From assembly GCF_044704955.1 (NCBI RefSeq), contig NC_091995.1, positions 5,084,001 through 5,148,000 on the forward strand: DNA of 64,000 nt, given 5' to 3'. A program made the translations under genes and the position numbers. Positions 63,386-64,000 of this stretch are shown in pieces; position 1 is the first letter of the stretch; every line of letters begins with the position of its first letter. The DNA comes from Pristiophorus japonicus (Eukaryota). The notes beneath the pieces were generated by a model. It was not told where the DNA came from and did no database searches. It worked only from the letters and a program-made list of their open reading frames with translations.

Positions 63386-63599
63386 GTGAGGATTATATTG
63401 TGGGTCAGTTCAGTGAAACTTCACACAGTCACAAAATAACCGATGAGAATTAAAATAAATGCAACATTTGTTGAAAAATTCCAAACTGATTTAAACCGAT
63501 TGTTTTGTCTATTCCGGGGCGGTTCTGCTATCGATGTGGAGATAAGCGTCTCTCACACTGTCTGCTGAATCCCAGAATGCCCAAAGCCTAACAACAAAA

Positions 63600-64000
63600 A
63601 CGTACATTTATATAGCGCCTTTAACTGCGTCGAAAATCCCTAGCCACTTCACAGCAGTGTTATCAACAACATTTGACACCCAGCCATATGAGGAGATATC
63701 AGCGGAGTTGACCGAAAGATTTGTCAAAGAGATAGGTTTAAAGGAGCGTGTTCAAAGGTGGACCTAGAGAAGTAGAGAGGTGGCGAAGTTTAAGGAGGGA
63801 ATTCCTGAGCTTAGGGCCTCGGCAACAGAAGGCACGGCCACCAGTGGTGGAGCGATTGAAATCGGGGACAGACAAGGAGGAGTTGGAGATTTCGGAGAGC
63901 TGTCGGTGATTACAGAGACAGGGTGGGGTGAGGCCACGGAGAGATTGGAAATCAAGGATGAGAATTTTAAAATCGAGGCATTACAGACCAGGAGCCAATG
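63600..64000 (-). mobile_element. L2-like LINE 3' fragment
   Basis: catttatatagcgcc tail in reverse; similar to 8720-8830. Confidence 0.6.

Overview
Vertebrate genomic DNA, most likely from a cartilaginous fish (inferred from shark-type CR1/HER1 LINEs and Deu-type SINEs). The window is a repeat-rich, much rearranged cluster of TRIM (RING-B-box-coiled coil-B30.2/PRY-SPRY) genes. One six-exon TRIM gene (54882->50267, minus strand, 475 aa, ISRE-like motif upstream) looks intact. Its promoter and exons 1-3 sit between ~3 kb inverted repeats, each carrying exons 4-6 with a different B30.2 variant. Several other TRIM copies are pseudogenes or fragments. Intron 3 of one pseudogene holds an 18 kb nest: a full-length CR1 containing a young endogenous retrovirus (30495-38266) and a Tx1-type LINE. 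The ERV has 551-bp LTRs differing at about 2 sites, a tRNA-Leu PBS and a 4-bp TSD. It is internally deleted (no capsid core, no RT core), has a UGA-CUA gag-pol junction, and carries a 2H-phosphoesterase/CNPase-like domain between protease and RT. Also present: a Gypsy element with no TSD that truncates a TRIM gene, a 1.27 kb solo LTR, further L1/Tx1, CR1 and L2 copies, a 37-bp minisatellite, G-rich tracts, and an orphan HOOK-like exon that can splice in frame to a duplicated, unidentified first exon. All calls were made by eye without database searches.
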